A DNA stretch of 64,000 nucleotides from Chara braunii. Lineage: Eukaryota > Plantae > Charophyceae. The DNA lies in the NCBI GenBank assembly GCA_003427395.1, contig BFEA01000032.1, positions 3,093,454 through 3,157,453 on the forward strand. Direction: 5' to 3'. Under the pieces are notes generated by a model, which was not told the origin of the DNA, did not search any database, and was given only the letters and a program-made list of their open reading frames with translations. Shown piece after piece: positions 25,449 to 39,009 of this stretch (the first letter of the stretch is position 1; the number at the start of each line of letters is the position of its first letter). The position numbers were made by a program, and so were the translations under genes.

Positions 25449-25499
25449 TTTCCATGTCGAATTTGGCTTTGTTGAGGGTCAAAGAGATGAATTTGTCAA

Positions 25500-25660
25500 G
25501 TTCCAAATAATGGGAACTACCCAATAATAAATAAGAAAAAAAAACAACAAGAAAGAAATTACACTCAAATAGAACAATTTTGTCCATTGGACCCTTTGTG
25601 TTTTGTAACAACTAGGAATAACAAAACACCAAATTTGATAACTGAAAAAAGGAAAACAAA
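25500..25660 (-). pseudogene. tatC: NUMT fragment: internal part of mitochondrial tatC (mttB)
   Basis: Translates as FPFFSYQIWCFVIPSCYKTQRVQWTKLFYLS..VVPIIW, matching the plant MttB motif YQIWCFLIPSCY. Confidence 0.85.
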
Positions 25661-28576
25661 AAGTCTTGGTTGGGTTAGTAATTTGACTATCCATTTTATT
25701 TATAGGGCTTTTGTTTCTTGTTTGGGGTTGATTATCCCCAACCCACCTTTGGAGGTCTTCCGAGTTATGTAGTGCCACGCTATTTTTCGGATATATCTCG
25801 TTTTGTTGGGATCACCTGCCCACAGATAGGCTCTTGCTTTGCTATTTAGTTCTTTGATATTATGGTCCGGTATGGTCCAAATGGAGGCTATGTACCTGAT
25901 CATAGAGAAGATAGAAGTGTTGAGTGTCAAGGCTCTCCCCAGCAGAGAGGTGAACGTGTCTCCCAACGCCCCATCCTGTTGATTTGCTTGGTTAGCAGGT
26001 TTTGTGTCATTTATGGGGCTGGGCCATCTTTGGTAACTATTATTCCCATATATCTCGTAGGTTCCTCAAGTTGTTCCCATGTCATGTCCGCTTCAGGGCC
26101 CTCCATCTGGGGTCTTTCCTCTTATGAAAACCACCACCCGACTGTCTTTTTCCAATTGATCTTCATTTCTTATGCTAGCCTGAATGCTTCCATTGCCCTC
26201 ACTAAAGCTTTCACTGATGAATCAGATGCTCTGATCAGGACGGTGAGGTCATCTGCAAACATCATTATTCTTGGAAAGTGGATATGGTGAGGGGTGCCCG
26301 CATTCAACTCTGGCAATGTTGAATTGATGGATCTTTACGCAGGAAGGATGCTATTGCTTCCATAACGAACAGGAAAATCGGGGGAACCAGGGGATCACCT
26401 TGCCGCACTAAATGGGAGATCGGGCATCGTTCTGAGAGAGAGTCATTTATTTGTACACAACTTGATGCATCGTTGTACAGGATCCTTGCCCATTTCCTAA
26501 AATTAGGACTAACTCCCATTTTTTCCATGCTCTCGTTGAGGAAAGCCCAGTTGACTTCGTCATACGCCTTCTCAAAGTAAAAAAACATAATTGTTGTGTT
26601 CACCCTTTTTCCTTAACTTTTCGTGCTGGTTCATTCAGAATGAGGACATTGTCCAGGATGTACCTGCCTGGGATGAAGCCGGCTTGGTCTATATGGAAGC
26701 ATTTGTCCGTGAGATCAAGGATTCTAAATGCAAGTGTTTTTGCTAGGATCTTGTAGGGAAGGGTGAGGAGGGAGATTGGTCTGTAGTTTCTAATATCTTC
26801 CCAATCACCTTTTTTGTAGAGGAGGGTCACCACGCTGCTACTTAGTAGTTCTCCCAAGCCTCCTTTTTCCCAACTGTCCTTATAAAATGAGAGGAGGTCC
26901 TTTCCCATCACTGGCAATAATTGATCCTAAAACTCTTTGGTAAGACCGTCTAAGCCCGGGGATTTATCGTTGTTCATACTTTGGACTGCGACCCTTAATT
27001 CCTCTACAGTGATCGGTTTGTCTAACGATGTCGCTTGTTCTGTTTGAATTTGTTGTGATTGTCTTGTCTAGATATTGGAGCATTTTCGACCTTGCTTCTC
27101 GTGTTGCTGCAAAGAGCGGAGTGTGGGTTTTTGTCTGATACAGTTCCCGATAAAATCCTTTGGCTATTTGTAGCATTCCTTCACTATCTGACCTTGTGAG
27201 TTGTTCACCTGTTAGCTCCTTTAGGCCTTCTATCGAGCTGGCCTTGCTGTTTGATTTTATCCTGGCAAAGAAATGCTTGTTCATTCATTCGTTTAGCTCC
27301 TGGTCCATCATTCTTGCTCTCACTTGTAGGCCTTTCAATTCCCACAGTCTCCACAGTGCTAGCTCCTCCCTCGCCTGCTCTAAGATGTTTGCATACAAGG
27401 ATGAGGAGGGGTTGCTGAAGAGGTTAACCTCAACAATCTTAAGCGTCATTTCCAATGCTTGTTTTCTTTGTTTTCGATCATAGGCTAGCTTACGGGATAG
27501 TCTGGGTACTGACTGAGATAGTGAGAGGTAGCTCTTCTGGAACCACTTCCATCTATCATGTCCTTCTAGTAGCATGCCTCTGGAGCTGAGCCAGCATTCG
27601 TGTATTTTGTCCCTGAATTCCTGGCTCAGGAGTAAGGAGTTGTTTAGCTTGTGGAAACTGGCTCCTCTTGTGATGTATTGGTCGAAGCATAAAATTAGTT
27701 CAATGGGTTTGTGATTCAATCCCGCGTATGGGGCTAGTGGCAAAATGTCCGCTTCTTTGATAGCTCCCATCATGACTCGGAAACTAGGAAGTAATCAATC
27801 CTTGAGAAGGCTGTGTGGTGGGTGTGGTTTTTCTTTACCAGGGAAAAAACTTTTACTCCTGGATAGAGCATTCGGAAGGGATAAACCAGACTATGATTCA
27901 TTATCAATTGGATGATCGGGGCTGCTTCCTGGGAAGATTGTTGTGATGCGGCTCTTGAAATTTTGTCGATGATGGGGTCAAGAGTCGCGTTCCAATCTCC
28001 CGCTATGATGCATGCGGAGAGAGGTGTGACCAGCTGCCCCACAGTCAACAAGAAGGCCGACTTGTCAGTCATGTTATTGGGCGCATAGATGTTGACGATT
28101 CTAAAGTCTTCATCTTTCCATTTTAAGTCCATCCAACACCATCTGCCAGTTTCGTTATCTACTTCTCGTCCTAACACTGATCCTGAAGTGTATAATGCGA
28201 GCGGATTTCGATATCAGAATGGTTGTGCCTTTGGTATTGGAGCTACTCTCTGCCGCCACATTTCATCTTTGACCCCACCTATTTTTCTTGTGAAAATGTT
28301 CCTTAACTTTAAGTGTTCCTCAGAGTTGCTCAGATGTGTCTCCTATAACATGATGATGTCAACTAGCTTGCTTGAGAAGTCTTTTAGTCCCTTGATTATG
28401 TAATTTAATTTGTCTTCTTTGTTAATGATATTTCCCAGTCCATTGAGGTTCCAACTTCGAACAGTGATGCCTTGCGCTCTCCAATTTGTTTTCATCCCTT
28501 TCTCATTAGCCTCCTTCTTTAGCACGCCAATGGGTCAACTTGTATTGTAGGCATCAACCTACTAAGGACCATAGCT

Positions 28577-31344
28577 CTAAGAGACCCCCGAACCTCCCAT
28601 GTCCATAGAGTCAGCCGAGTCACCTGTCTTGTCCGGCCGAGTTGTGGTCAAAGGGTCGTCCAACCTGTATTCTCCTATGATGTCGTTGGTCCCCTTTCCT
28701 GTAGGTGTGTCTGAGTGTGGTTCGTCATTCTCTATATTCCATTCTTCTTGATCCTCTTCCATTTCTTCTTCAGAGTATACGTCTCTAAAGAACCTATCCA
28801 TATCAACAGCCCAGGCCCTGGACTAAGTCCCCATCCCCCTCAAATGTGCCGCTGCTGATAAGTTCTGCTAGGGAAGCTGCTTGCAGTTCCGCAGGGATGC
28901 CTATCCCTGACAACACGCTGTAAGGGATGGCCATCACCGTACTCCAAGGTCGCCATCTCATCCCTCCTTTCAGTTTCATGCCTTCAGGCATCTTTGCGAT
29001 GAGGGGAGTGAAAGATCTTGGGGATATGGGGTCTGGTTGGTCCTTGTGGGGGTCATTTGACCCCGGTTGATTGTCGGTTAAAAGCTTATCTTGCTGCGGT
29101 GTTGGCTGTAGTTCCTCCTCCTGCTGAACCATCTGAGATTCTATCTCAAATACCCCCAGGGGGTATACTGTTGTGATCTTGTCTTGTAGAATAGTAGCCA
29201 CATTTTGGCCTTCTTCGATCCTGGGAATCGTGAAGGCCACATTTGTGGCTACCTGCCATTCCTTTTTGCCTTCTATGTACCTTGCAGCCACAAGCGGACG
29301 GGTGTCCATCAGGGTCAGCTTTGCAGATTGGGCCTGGCCTATTACTTGGGGTGCATTGCCATCTACTATGTGTCTGAGGGAGATAAATTCAGGCTCATAT
29401 GCTTTGTTGAGCTTTTTAAGTTTCTCGGATTGTGCCTCAACCACTGCAATTTCTTGTTCAAGCTCAGTCCGGACTGTCTTTCCTGAGGAATCTGTTTCTT
29501 TCCCATCCCTGTTGATCCCTTTCTTCCTCTGTTTTTTGTCGGATCTCCATTTTTTCGGTCCCAAATCCTGCAGTGCTTCTTTGGAGTCCACTTGTGTGAT
29601 GTCTTTGCCAATGATACCCTGTTCCCTTGCCCTTTTTTTCTCTGCGTATCTGAGGGCCGCATATTCTGTGAATTCATCGGTTTTCACCAGCAAGTCATAC
29701 TGGTTAGAAGAAGTTTTGATTCCTGCCACTGACCCCTTCTTCTGATTTTGGGTCCTTTCCATGTGTTTCAAACATGCATTGCAGATGTCGAAGAGGTGTT
29801 CACTTTCAACTTTGGCTTTCTCGATATACTCTCTCAGCCATTGAAGAGACCTCTTCGCTGGGTCTTCTTCTTTTGAGTCTGGGTTGGACGTTGATGCTGA
29901 AGAGTCTCCCTTGGATCTGTCGCTGTCCACCTGGGACCCCCCTGAATGGGGGGAAAGGGGTGGCTGCTGGTATTCTACCGGATGTTCCCCTAGACCCTCT
30001 TTGTTGTCTGATAACATTCCTTTTCTCTTCTTTAGATCTGGTTCTCCTCCTTCCTTCGACTTTCCTTTCTCCATTGTTCTTTTGTTGTCTGCCCCCGACT
30101 GGTTTGGCTTTTGGTTCATATTTTGTTTCAACTCTTCTTCTTTGCTGCTAATGATTGCTTCAATTTTTGCTTGAATTTTTTGGGGTTGTTTATAATATTC
30201 CTCCTCAAACTGAATCCAAATCCCAGAGTAGGTTCTCCCTTTTCCTCCAAGATCACTCGTGAATCGTTGAGTGAAATTGTGTTGATCTTTGCTGGATTCT
30301 CGACCTCCTTGCCTGTTGCCTTCTTTTGCCATCTGCTGTCCTCAGGGGGGAAGATGTCTGGCTTTTTCATGGTTGGTTCCTTGTCAGTGAAGTGCCTGAC
30401 CCATTCCAGGTCCTCCAGGTTATCATCGAAGACCCAACCATCATAGTCTGGGTCCACAATGAACCAGGTACCTGGAGCTTCCTCTACTTCGACCAGCATG
30501 TTGGGAAGGAGCTTCCTTTCCTTCTGTTTTTTGGGAATTTGGGACAAGTCGGATAAGATCCCAGGTGTCCCCTTTCCCTGCATCTGAAGCATATGGGAGA
30601 TGATTTGGTTGAAACAATGACTTCCAGAATCCTGTCTTGTATCCAGAATTCCCATTCTCGAGGGAAGACCGGCCGATCGTCGACTTTCACCTCAAGGATG
30701 GCCATTATTGTTCCCACGTGCGGGGACGAAAAGTCCAACATTGGTAGGATCAGTTTCAGTATTTGGTTGGTCGGGTATCGTCTTTCCAACCTGTCCACGA
30801 CTAGGCCGTGATAGCCTGCCCGAATCCTGTTGAATTGTACCCAAAACTGTTCCTTGAGAAGCGTCTGTTTGTATGACACTGAGAAGGTCGGACTGGGTCT
30901 CACATTCGTCTGCTTTTTCCACGGGCTAATGGTGAAGATTGACCCGTTGCAATTTCTCAACCGCATCTCAGCTGCGACTCTCGCGTGATCGTCGAAGATG
31001 AAGATCATCATCACTGAGTTGCGGCCCAGGTTTATCACGGAGAAGGATTCGCCCGCAGTCTTGAGTTTGTCCTCCTTCCCGATTGTCTCAGTTATACATT
31101 TCCTTTTTTCTGCTGGCATCAGGTCTGCTCCATTCCTTGCAAAGTTGAAGACTACGGCGTGTCTTTCGTGAAGCTCATCGACTTCTGGAACTTTCCCATC
31201 TGGGTATTTCCATATTACTGTTTCCTCTTCTTTTCCTTCTGTGTTTGGGTGTTTTTTAATTACCATTCCTCCCTGCACTTTCGTTTTCTCAATCAGAAAT
31301 TTCAATGCATCATTTTCGATGATCTCAGCTGAAGGTTTGTTCAT
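28577..31344 (-). pseudogene. LINE E ORF1 (long, frameshifted) with a zinc knuckle
   Basis: Overlapping or adjacent minus ORFs of 286, 175, 509 and 74 aa directly upstream of ORF2. Contains FWVQF and CFRCRERGHLGSYPTC, followed by a long charged region. Confidence 0.75.
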
Positions 31345-31364
31345 TTGGGATGAACGGCCCTATG

Positions 31365-31460
31365 TCGCCATTGGATGTTGTGTTTGCTTAGCAATAGCTG
31401 GGGGCTTACCCATCGCCATTGGATGTTGTGTTTGCTTAGCAATAGCTGGGGGCTTACCCA
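31365..31460. repeat. Perfect 48-bp tandem duplication
   Basis: TCGCCATTGG...GGCTTACCCA occurs twice. Confidence 0.95.
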
Positions 31461-34400
31461 TCCCACGACTCTGCATCTTCGCCCTCTTGTTTGTTCAGTA
31501 CTAGGATTGCCCACACTATTCTGCGAATGATTGAGAGCAAGTGAACGTAAGTGTATAGTGAACTGACCGCGTTTGGCAGAAGACAATCTAGAAGAAAGAC
31601 GCATTGTGAGACTAGGAGGGGGGTGTTGAAAAGGTGGCCTTGACAGAGGGGAGTGTGATCTTTAGTTGTCTGCCCGAAGTGGTATGTTAGTGGGGTCAGA
31701 TTGTGGTGCGTTTTGAGAAAAGGGAGTGAAAGAATCCCGGGGAATGACTGGAATCAATGATGGTAGGGCTCGTAGGAGAGGTGTGGAGGGACGGTGGTTG
31801 ATGATGATATGCTCGCAAGAAAACAAAAACAAAAATGAGAGCAGTGTCTGTCAAGACTTGGCGGGGACAGTGATGGACGGATTCAGAATGGATAGATTGA
31901 GTTTGTTAGCCACTTACGTGTAAAGACTGGTGTTCCTAGCTAAAATCCTCAATAACTTCGTAGAATGGTGAGAAGATTAGGACTGGGGATAGGAGGATTA
32001 CTGGCGGGAACGATAGGATGGGGAAGGTTAAGTCTCATTGGGATTGGGGACGTGATGGAGACGAGTGAAGGGATAGATCATAACTGTTCCGTGCGTCCAG
32101 GGAGGAGAACGAACGAGGATGTTGGTGGAAAGTGATGGGACTAGATGACGGGAAGAAGATGGGGGAGAGGGCTTGGCCGGGATGAGTTCAAAAAGAGCGG
32201 TCAGCAGGGGTGATTCGATTGGGGGTGTGTTGCGAAAGAGGGAAGAGAATGATCGGGGATGTCGCATTAAGGGGAATGATGGGATGTGGTTGGAATGAGA
32301 GGAATGGATGTAGACGTTAGAATGGGACGGAGGGGAACATGGTTAGGGGGTTAGGGGGTTCGACCCTTTAGAGGTTGAGGAGGGGGGTAGCAGGGGAGAC
32401 ACTACCCTAGAGTATTAGCATTGGAAAGGTAGGCCAGGATGGCAAAAAATTGTTAAAGGAGACGGGGGGTTGATCTCACCGTTTAGCGGGATGGGTGAGA
32501 GACCTAAATGGAAGTGGTGTCACTACGTCAGATTTAGATGAGGAAAGGAACAAAGCAGGATAAAGGGGAGAACGGGGGTGTTATTAGAGTTGTGCTGGGT
32601 TGGCGGGGAGGATAAATTTTGAGAGGGTATGAGGGAAGGGTTCAAAGAAGGTGTGGGGCGACTGCTGGTAACATCAGAGGTTGGAGAAAATGATAGAAAC
32701 AGGGAGGACGAGAGTCTAGAATGGGGTTATCGGCCGCTTTAGTTACCCTAGATCGTAGCAATTTGCAATTGGAAGGTATGTGGGGGGGGAGGTCGTCAGT
32801 GGGGCGGATTGTGTGGTGGTGGGGGGAGATCGACCGCTTTAGCTTCACCAGATCGTGGCAACTTGATGTTGGAGGGTATATGGGGGGAGAGATCATAAGA
32901 GGGGGGAAGCTATGCGGGGGGGTTGGGCGAGAAGAGGTAGATCGGAGTGTCGAGGTGTATTCAGGGTATGGTGGGATGGGATGGCTAAGAAACGAGATCA
33001 GGAATCCGGTGGCTTTAGCGTAGTGAGATCATGACTATTTGGGGGGGGGGGGGGGGGAGGACAGTGTAGAGGGTGACCGTATACAAGAAGTCGGTATTTG
33101 GCTGGGATAATGGGTAGCATGGGGAAGGTATGGGGGAGGAGACCACAGTGGATCCGCGGGGTAGGGAGGGGAAAGATTGGAGAGGAGCAAAGATGTGGTT
33201 GTTGGTACCTGGGCGAAGAGTGCGCATAGAATGTCAGTGGTATGACGAGTCGAGAGGGTGGAGAAGGGGTGGGGGGAAAAGGGGGGATTTGGTGTTGGTC
33301 AGCTCTCACTTTATCGTGTTCTGGTCGTGCAGGGCTATTCTGGCGCAGCGTACTGATAGCCTCGTTTGCCCGTTGTCCGTTCCTCATTCCCGATACGGAG
33401 CAGGCTTGACGTTGTGGAAGGAGACACCCGCTAGAAAACGACGTCGTCACTTGAGTATGAGCTTGAGATCCGACGAGAACAATATTGTCACGTAGTCACT
33501 AGGTTCCCTTAGCAGGGACCAGGCATTCGCTACTCGCCAACGATCCTCCTCCCCTTGGGCCGAAATCCAACTCGGTGCATCGACACTTCGGCCTTCTGTC
33601 CGCTTGGTGGAATCATGTTGCAGGCCTAGGCGTGAGCGCCTGGCACACGTGCGTCGGCTTTCTTCTTCGGGGTGTGTGGCTATGGCTGGGCAACTATGAT
33701 TGACAATGCTGAGTTGCTGTCGTTTTCGGATTCGGGTTCGACGCGATAGTTGTCGCAGCTCGAAGCCCTCAATTTCGAATTCGGATGCTTCACCAGGTTG
33801 GCGCCCGTGCAGGCGCGGGAGGCCGGGGACCGAATAGCGCAAAATTACTGCTGAAAACTGCGCTAACCGTAGGCGCGAGTGCAACCATGCCTTCATCCTC
33901 AAAAAATTCATTTCTTTGAAAAAAATAAAACGATTTCAAATTTTGGATTCTTTAAAATTTGAGCGAAACAGGGAAAATTACCATGGCCCTCGCACAACGA
34001 TGACAAACACAAACCAAAAAATGGTCCAATCTCTTTGTGTTTTCCGAAGGTCAGGACATAAAGTGAAACTGGCTAATGCTGCCAGGATAACTCCGGGTGG
34101 AATTGTGAGGTCCCCGGCCTCAATTTTCCAACTTTTAATGAGAAAGACTATTTTCTTGTAAAAAATAAAAATAAAAATAAGATCAACATAAAAATTCGAT
34201 TTTTTAAAATTTCAGTGAAGCAGCCATAAGCTGGCATTTTACCTGTCAGGAAGAGTGTAAAATGATTGTTGATGCATCTGTGTTCTCCAAGCTGTCCGAC
34301 CACCTCCTGATGCATCCTTGAAAGAGTCCAATGCAAGGGTCCAATGCTTTCTAAGTTTCTATGCACATATGACTCAATCTTACATTCAGACATGGCATCG

Positions 34401-34699
34401 AAGTACATTCCAAGAAGACCAAGACAGTGGACATCATCTGATTTACAATTCAACACTAAAATTGACTAAATAAGAAACCATATCGCCATAAAATAACTTA
34501 AATAAGCAGATATCAAATTATAGATCAAACAATAGTCGACGTGGGTAACGTTGGGCCCTGATAGAATCAGGAAACCAAATCAGAGAGGGACCTTTCGGCT
34601 TGTGGCTGGAGAGTGGACATTAAAGACAGGGTGATGAGGAGATGTAGACAACCAAAATTTATAATCCCAACCAACCGACCATTCACAAGCCGTCCAAAA

Positions 34700-36600
34700 A
34701 GGAGCAAGTTCTCACATAACCCCCCTGTTCTGTCATCAATGGGTCACGGATAGGACAGGGCTTCCGACGCCTTCCGTGATGCTTGACTAATACAGAACGA
34801 TAACAGCTGTAATGGGTGGAAAGTTGGGTCTTGAGAGTGGAACATTTGGATATCAATTCAGTAACTGAAGGAGCGATGTCATTCCCTGGCTGAAAATCTG
34901 AAATGCACACTCAAAGTACCCCCCAAACATGGTAAGACCAACTCGCGGAAGACTTCACAGGGAAATCTGGTGATTGGTGGCTCGTCATAACTGAGACGAA
35001 CCAACCAGGAGGGCCTTTCGATTCGAGAAGAGATTGTCCACTACCGGATACAGAGCGAGATTTATGTCCTCCCCCATGCATTCCCAATTGGGTCCTGACT
35101 GTGAAAACCTCAACTGGGACCATGAGAATACGATCCAAGACACGTTTCTACTGCAAGAAGTCAGGGTGGCAAGACTCAAAACCTTGGAAAATCTTTGGAA
35201 CAGACAAGGTCATCAGATAATTGGAATGCGATCCTTGAGAATGGGCCTGGAATCAGATACTTCGCAGAGCGCTGGCCCCTTTCTCAGAACACTCCATAAA
35301 ATTTGGGTACCCTAAAAATCGAAGGCTCAAAACCCACAATTGCAAGGAACCTATCCGTTCGTCACTTGCTGGAGTGTACCAAATAACATGCATGTGACAT
35401 AGATCTCACAGATTTGTTATGTCCCACACAAAGTTCAGTGGAAGATGAGTGGAAACCAGGAAGCGCAACTCAATTATCACCAACCAGATTCAGGAAAGAG
35501 ATTCACGAGTTCAAAATGAAAGTGCCCAACTATATTACAAGTCTTTTTCATTCAACAAGAATTCCAGGCCTGGCGCTCGTCAGCACCAGCAGCCAATCAT
35601 CAAGGACAGCGCTCAGCAGGTAAGTTCCACCATAGCTCACTTCTCTCCCTTCTCTTCTTCTGTTCTCTCTCTCCCTCTCGATATCTATAGCCCTGGTCTA
35701 CTCACACTCACTATGCATGCACACTCCCTATCGTGTACTCTAAATACTACTCACTGGTCTTCTCTATTAACTAATACTAACTGGCGCTGGCGCAGCTTTG
35801 GCTGCTCTTCTTCCAGCCAGCGCCCAACTCTCTCTCCCTCAGCGCAGCTCTCAAGCCTGGCGCAGCTCAATCACATCTGGCGCACAAGTGCCTCAGCACT
35901 TCCACACTCTCATGCGAACGAGTATCTGCCAAATGGGAGGCTGGCTAGTCCTTTATAGTGCTGGACTAGTCTGGCGTGGTCTGCGTCCAGCCTCCAAGTG
36001 CCTGGGACTCCAACCCAGTACCTGTTGTTGCAAAGTGTGTGTCCCAGTATCCTTTCCCATAGTTTGCTGCTGCTTTGGCCGATGGGCCTGTCTTTTGGAC
36101 TCCTGGTCTGAATCAGATTTGACTTTCGGGACTGTGACTCGTCTGGGACTGTGACCTTTGACTTATTGCCGAACAGACATGACCCTGTCTCATCCTTAAA
36201 ATTGAGCCCAGTACCTGTTCATCTAGGACCTGATTGTGACTTCTCAAAACGACTTTTCATTTCACTTTGGATGCGACATTTGCTTCAGGGAATTTGTCCT
36301 TTGGAAAGCTGCTCGTGAAATTGAGTTCTGGCCGACAGGGCCCCTTTTATGTGGGGGTCACATGTGGGGGTCTGAATCGTAAAGGCCCTTTTACAATCAA
36401 GACTAGATGGATAAGAATCCTGAACCTCCAGCCTGACAAGTCTGTGGAATTTCCCTACGAAAATGACCAGGCTCCTAGACAGGTCCATTTGTGAATTCCA
36501 CACTGGATGACGAACTATGTCGCCCTCCCAGTAAACCAATGGTGAAGATACCGTTCACTGTGTGTTTACCTGAACCAAAGAGAGTGGTTCTCGCACGTAG
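34700..36600 (-). mobile_element. Highly degenerate LTR-retrotransposon remnant
   Basis: PPT-like AGGGGGG followed by TG at about 34720 on the minus strand. No intact ORF. Confidence 0.35.
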
Positions 36601-37179
36601 TTAATAGGTGGTGTCATTTTTACCGAATTTTTCACCAAAACTGCCATATTGCCTTGATTTTTCGCTTTTTTTCTCGATTTCGTTTTTTGTGTGATAGGTG
36701 GCTATTAGGCGATGAAAAACACCAAATTTTCGGCCTTCCATTAACCATCTCTTCTGGTTCTGGGATAAAAGTCAAGACCGACTGGGCCTCCTTGCTCCCC
36801 TGATGCATGACCGGGTGAACTGTCAGCAATGGGAAGCCCAAGAACCATCAATATGGAAGGGAGATGCAATGTAGCACAACAAAAGACTCAAATCAGACAT
36901 GGACTGACATGATCGTGCAGCAATCTGACAAGGTGACAGAGACCTGAGATCACACTCAAGGGAGAGGCGGGCAAACATAGAAGAGACCTCCCTGTTCCCG
37001 ACATACACAGTCTGGGGTGAAGGGCGAAAAGGAGGAAGAAGAAGGAAGACGATGAGGAACCCTGCTCCCGAAATACACAGTCGGAGGTGAAGGGGGAAAA
37101 GGAGGAAGAAGTAGAAAGAGGAGGACGAAGAAGAAGAGTCAATGTATGGCCAACGAATAATCTCTCCTCTCTTCCCAAC

Positions 37180-37516
37180 CATGGCAACCGGCCAGACGTC
37201 TGGACCGGAATCCAGACGGTCCGATTGTCTGGGTATGGGTCCGGTGTCTGGTCGGGTAGGTCTGGATTGGGCCCAATTTTGGAAATCCGAATTTTTTTGG
37301 GGGGAGGCCTGGGACGTTTTTCGGGTCCTAGGCCGCCCCCAAAAAATGCCCCCGGTATTTTTTGACTGTTTCAAGGCCTACCGGACGCCGCCAGACGCCG
37401 CCAGACGCTTCTAACAGCTCCCTCTTCTGTTGTACTACGCTGGTAGTTCATCAGATGAAGGTGAGTCTGATTCCAAAAATGAAGCGCTTGCTGCAAAGCG
37501 CCACAGAACATCATGC

Positions 37517-37559
<43 letters not shown>

Positions 37560-37604
37560 NNNNNNNNNNNNNNNNNNNNNNNNNNNNNNNNNNNNNNNNN
37601 NNNN

Positions 37605-37672
<68 letters not shown>

Positions 37673-38202
37673 TTTGGTCAGATCTGAGATCCCGTCTTAG
37701 ATCTGGTCCTGACGAGATCTCGGATCTGCTCTTAGTACTTCTTACGCAGATCTGAATAACTTAACAGTTTAAACTTTCAATTTTCATATGAATAATGAAT
37801 ATGAATTAGAAAATCTAACTTCAAAGTTCACAGTTCTGTTTTTTTCTGATTTCCGTACTCTTTTCTGAAGTGACTTGGGATTGGTCTGTTGAGAACTGGT
37901 TTCAAGTGTTGTGTGAGCCTTTGTGAACGTCTGTGACGGCATTGACTCTATTGAGCTGTCAAGTTGCGAATAGTGAAAGACAGTAAGCTGTGGTTAGTAC
38001 TGCTTATTACAAATGTTTTTTTTTTTTTCTTTTCTGGTCCGGACATTTTTTGTCTGGTGTACCGGTCTGGACGGTCCAGATCCGGTCCTGTCCAGTTGTC
38101 CGGTGCCTGTGCGGATTATTGGACGTCTGGACCAGTCCAGACAACTGTCTGGACCTCGGTCCAGACATGTCCGGGTCCGGGTCCGGGTCCGCGGTTGCCA
38201 TG
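37180..38202. mobile_element. hAT-type MITE 3 with a central (GA)n tract (contains gap 37560-37604)
   Basis: 11-bp TIR CATGGCAACCG / CGGTTGCCATG. TSD TTCCCAAC / CTCCCAAC (7 of 8 match). CCGG/CCAGAC subterminal repeats. Confidence 0.85.
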
Positions 38203-39009
38203 CTCCCAACTCTCGCCCCAGACAACAAGTCACAGATCTCAGATCGGAGAGCAATACTCCCAGAACAATAGTGCCAAGTCCCTCCCTTTCTCTCTCTCTC
38301 TCTCTCTCTCTCAATGTGGAAGATGGTGACAGAAGGAAGAAGAAGAAGAAGGGATAATAACCTCTCTCTCTCTCTCTCTCTTGTGCGCGCGCGCGCGCGC
38401 GCACATAATCGAGGCCAAGATAAGATGCAAACAGAGGTGTGCTAAGGAGAATATCCAGAAGACTCTGCAGGACGAACAGAAGATTAAGACCGGGTTGTAA
38501 AAATTGTGGCTCCTGGACAGGAGGTGGCAGTTTTGAACGGACTTTTGTTAAAATGGAACAAATGGCACAACTTGGTAAATGGAGAGCAGAAAACCAACTT
38601 CAGACAACATCAACTATCTGGGCAAGATGTCATGCGCTATATCTCTAATGTGCCGGGTTAAGTTTCAAGACAACAGCCATCAGAGGCAAAAGGGCCGAAG
38701 TATTCATCCAGAAAAGCTCGACGAAAGGCAGGCAAGGCAGTCAACCCTCCACTGTGCAGAGCAATCAGTGCTGTTCTTGGCCATAATGACTGGAAGATTG
38801 CAACGTTGGTATACTCTACTCTTAAAATTTTCGTATGGCTTGTCAATCGAAAAGGAACAGGAATCATTCTCTCCAGAAAGGAGTTGTGACATATGAAAAG
38901 GAATAGGAATTTGCAACTTTAGACAACATCAACATAAATTTTACATGACAAGTTGACAACGACTTTTTCAAGTTTTTCAGAGTTTTTCTCAGATTTTCTC
39001 GAATGCTTT

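Larger units (their letters stand above)
23617..28525 (-). pseudogene. LINE E ORF2 (APE endonuclease, RT, C-terminal Cys/His region)
   Basis: RSWNLNGL, NIYAPN, AGDWNA, SRIDYFL, LNHKPI; NYRPISLL, FEKAYD, RQGDP, FADD; EDLTHCLITC. Confidence 0.92.
23268..31620 (-). mobile_element. LINE E: near full-length degenerate L1/Tx1-like LINE; its 5' region may extend to about 33900
   Basis: Poly(T) at about 23277-23324 on the plus strand, then 3' motif, ORF2 and ORF1 in order on the minus strand. No TSD was found. Confidence 0.88.

Noticed and set aside
34243-34437. Minus-strand exon-like stretch ending CAG|GTAAA (also a 23-nt candidate at 8735-8757)
   Set aside because: No recognisable protein and no fit to the channel model; unsupported without RNA data.
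37420-37460. Minus-strand CTGATGA followed by an ACTAC/GTAGT stem
   Set aside because: No GAAA core and no stems I or III, so not a hammerhead.
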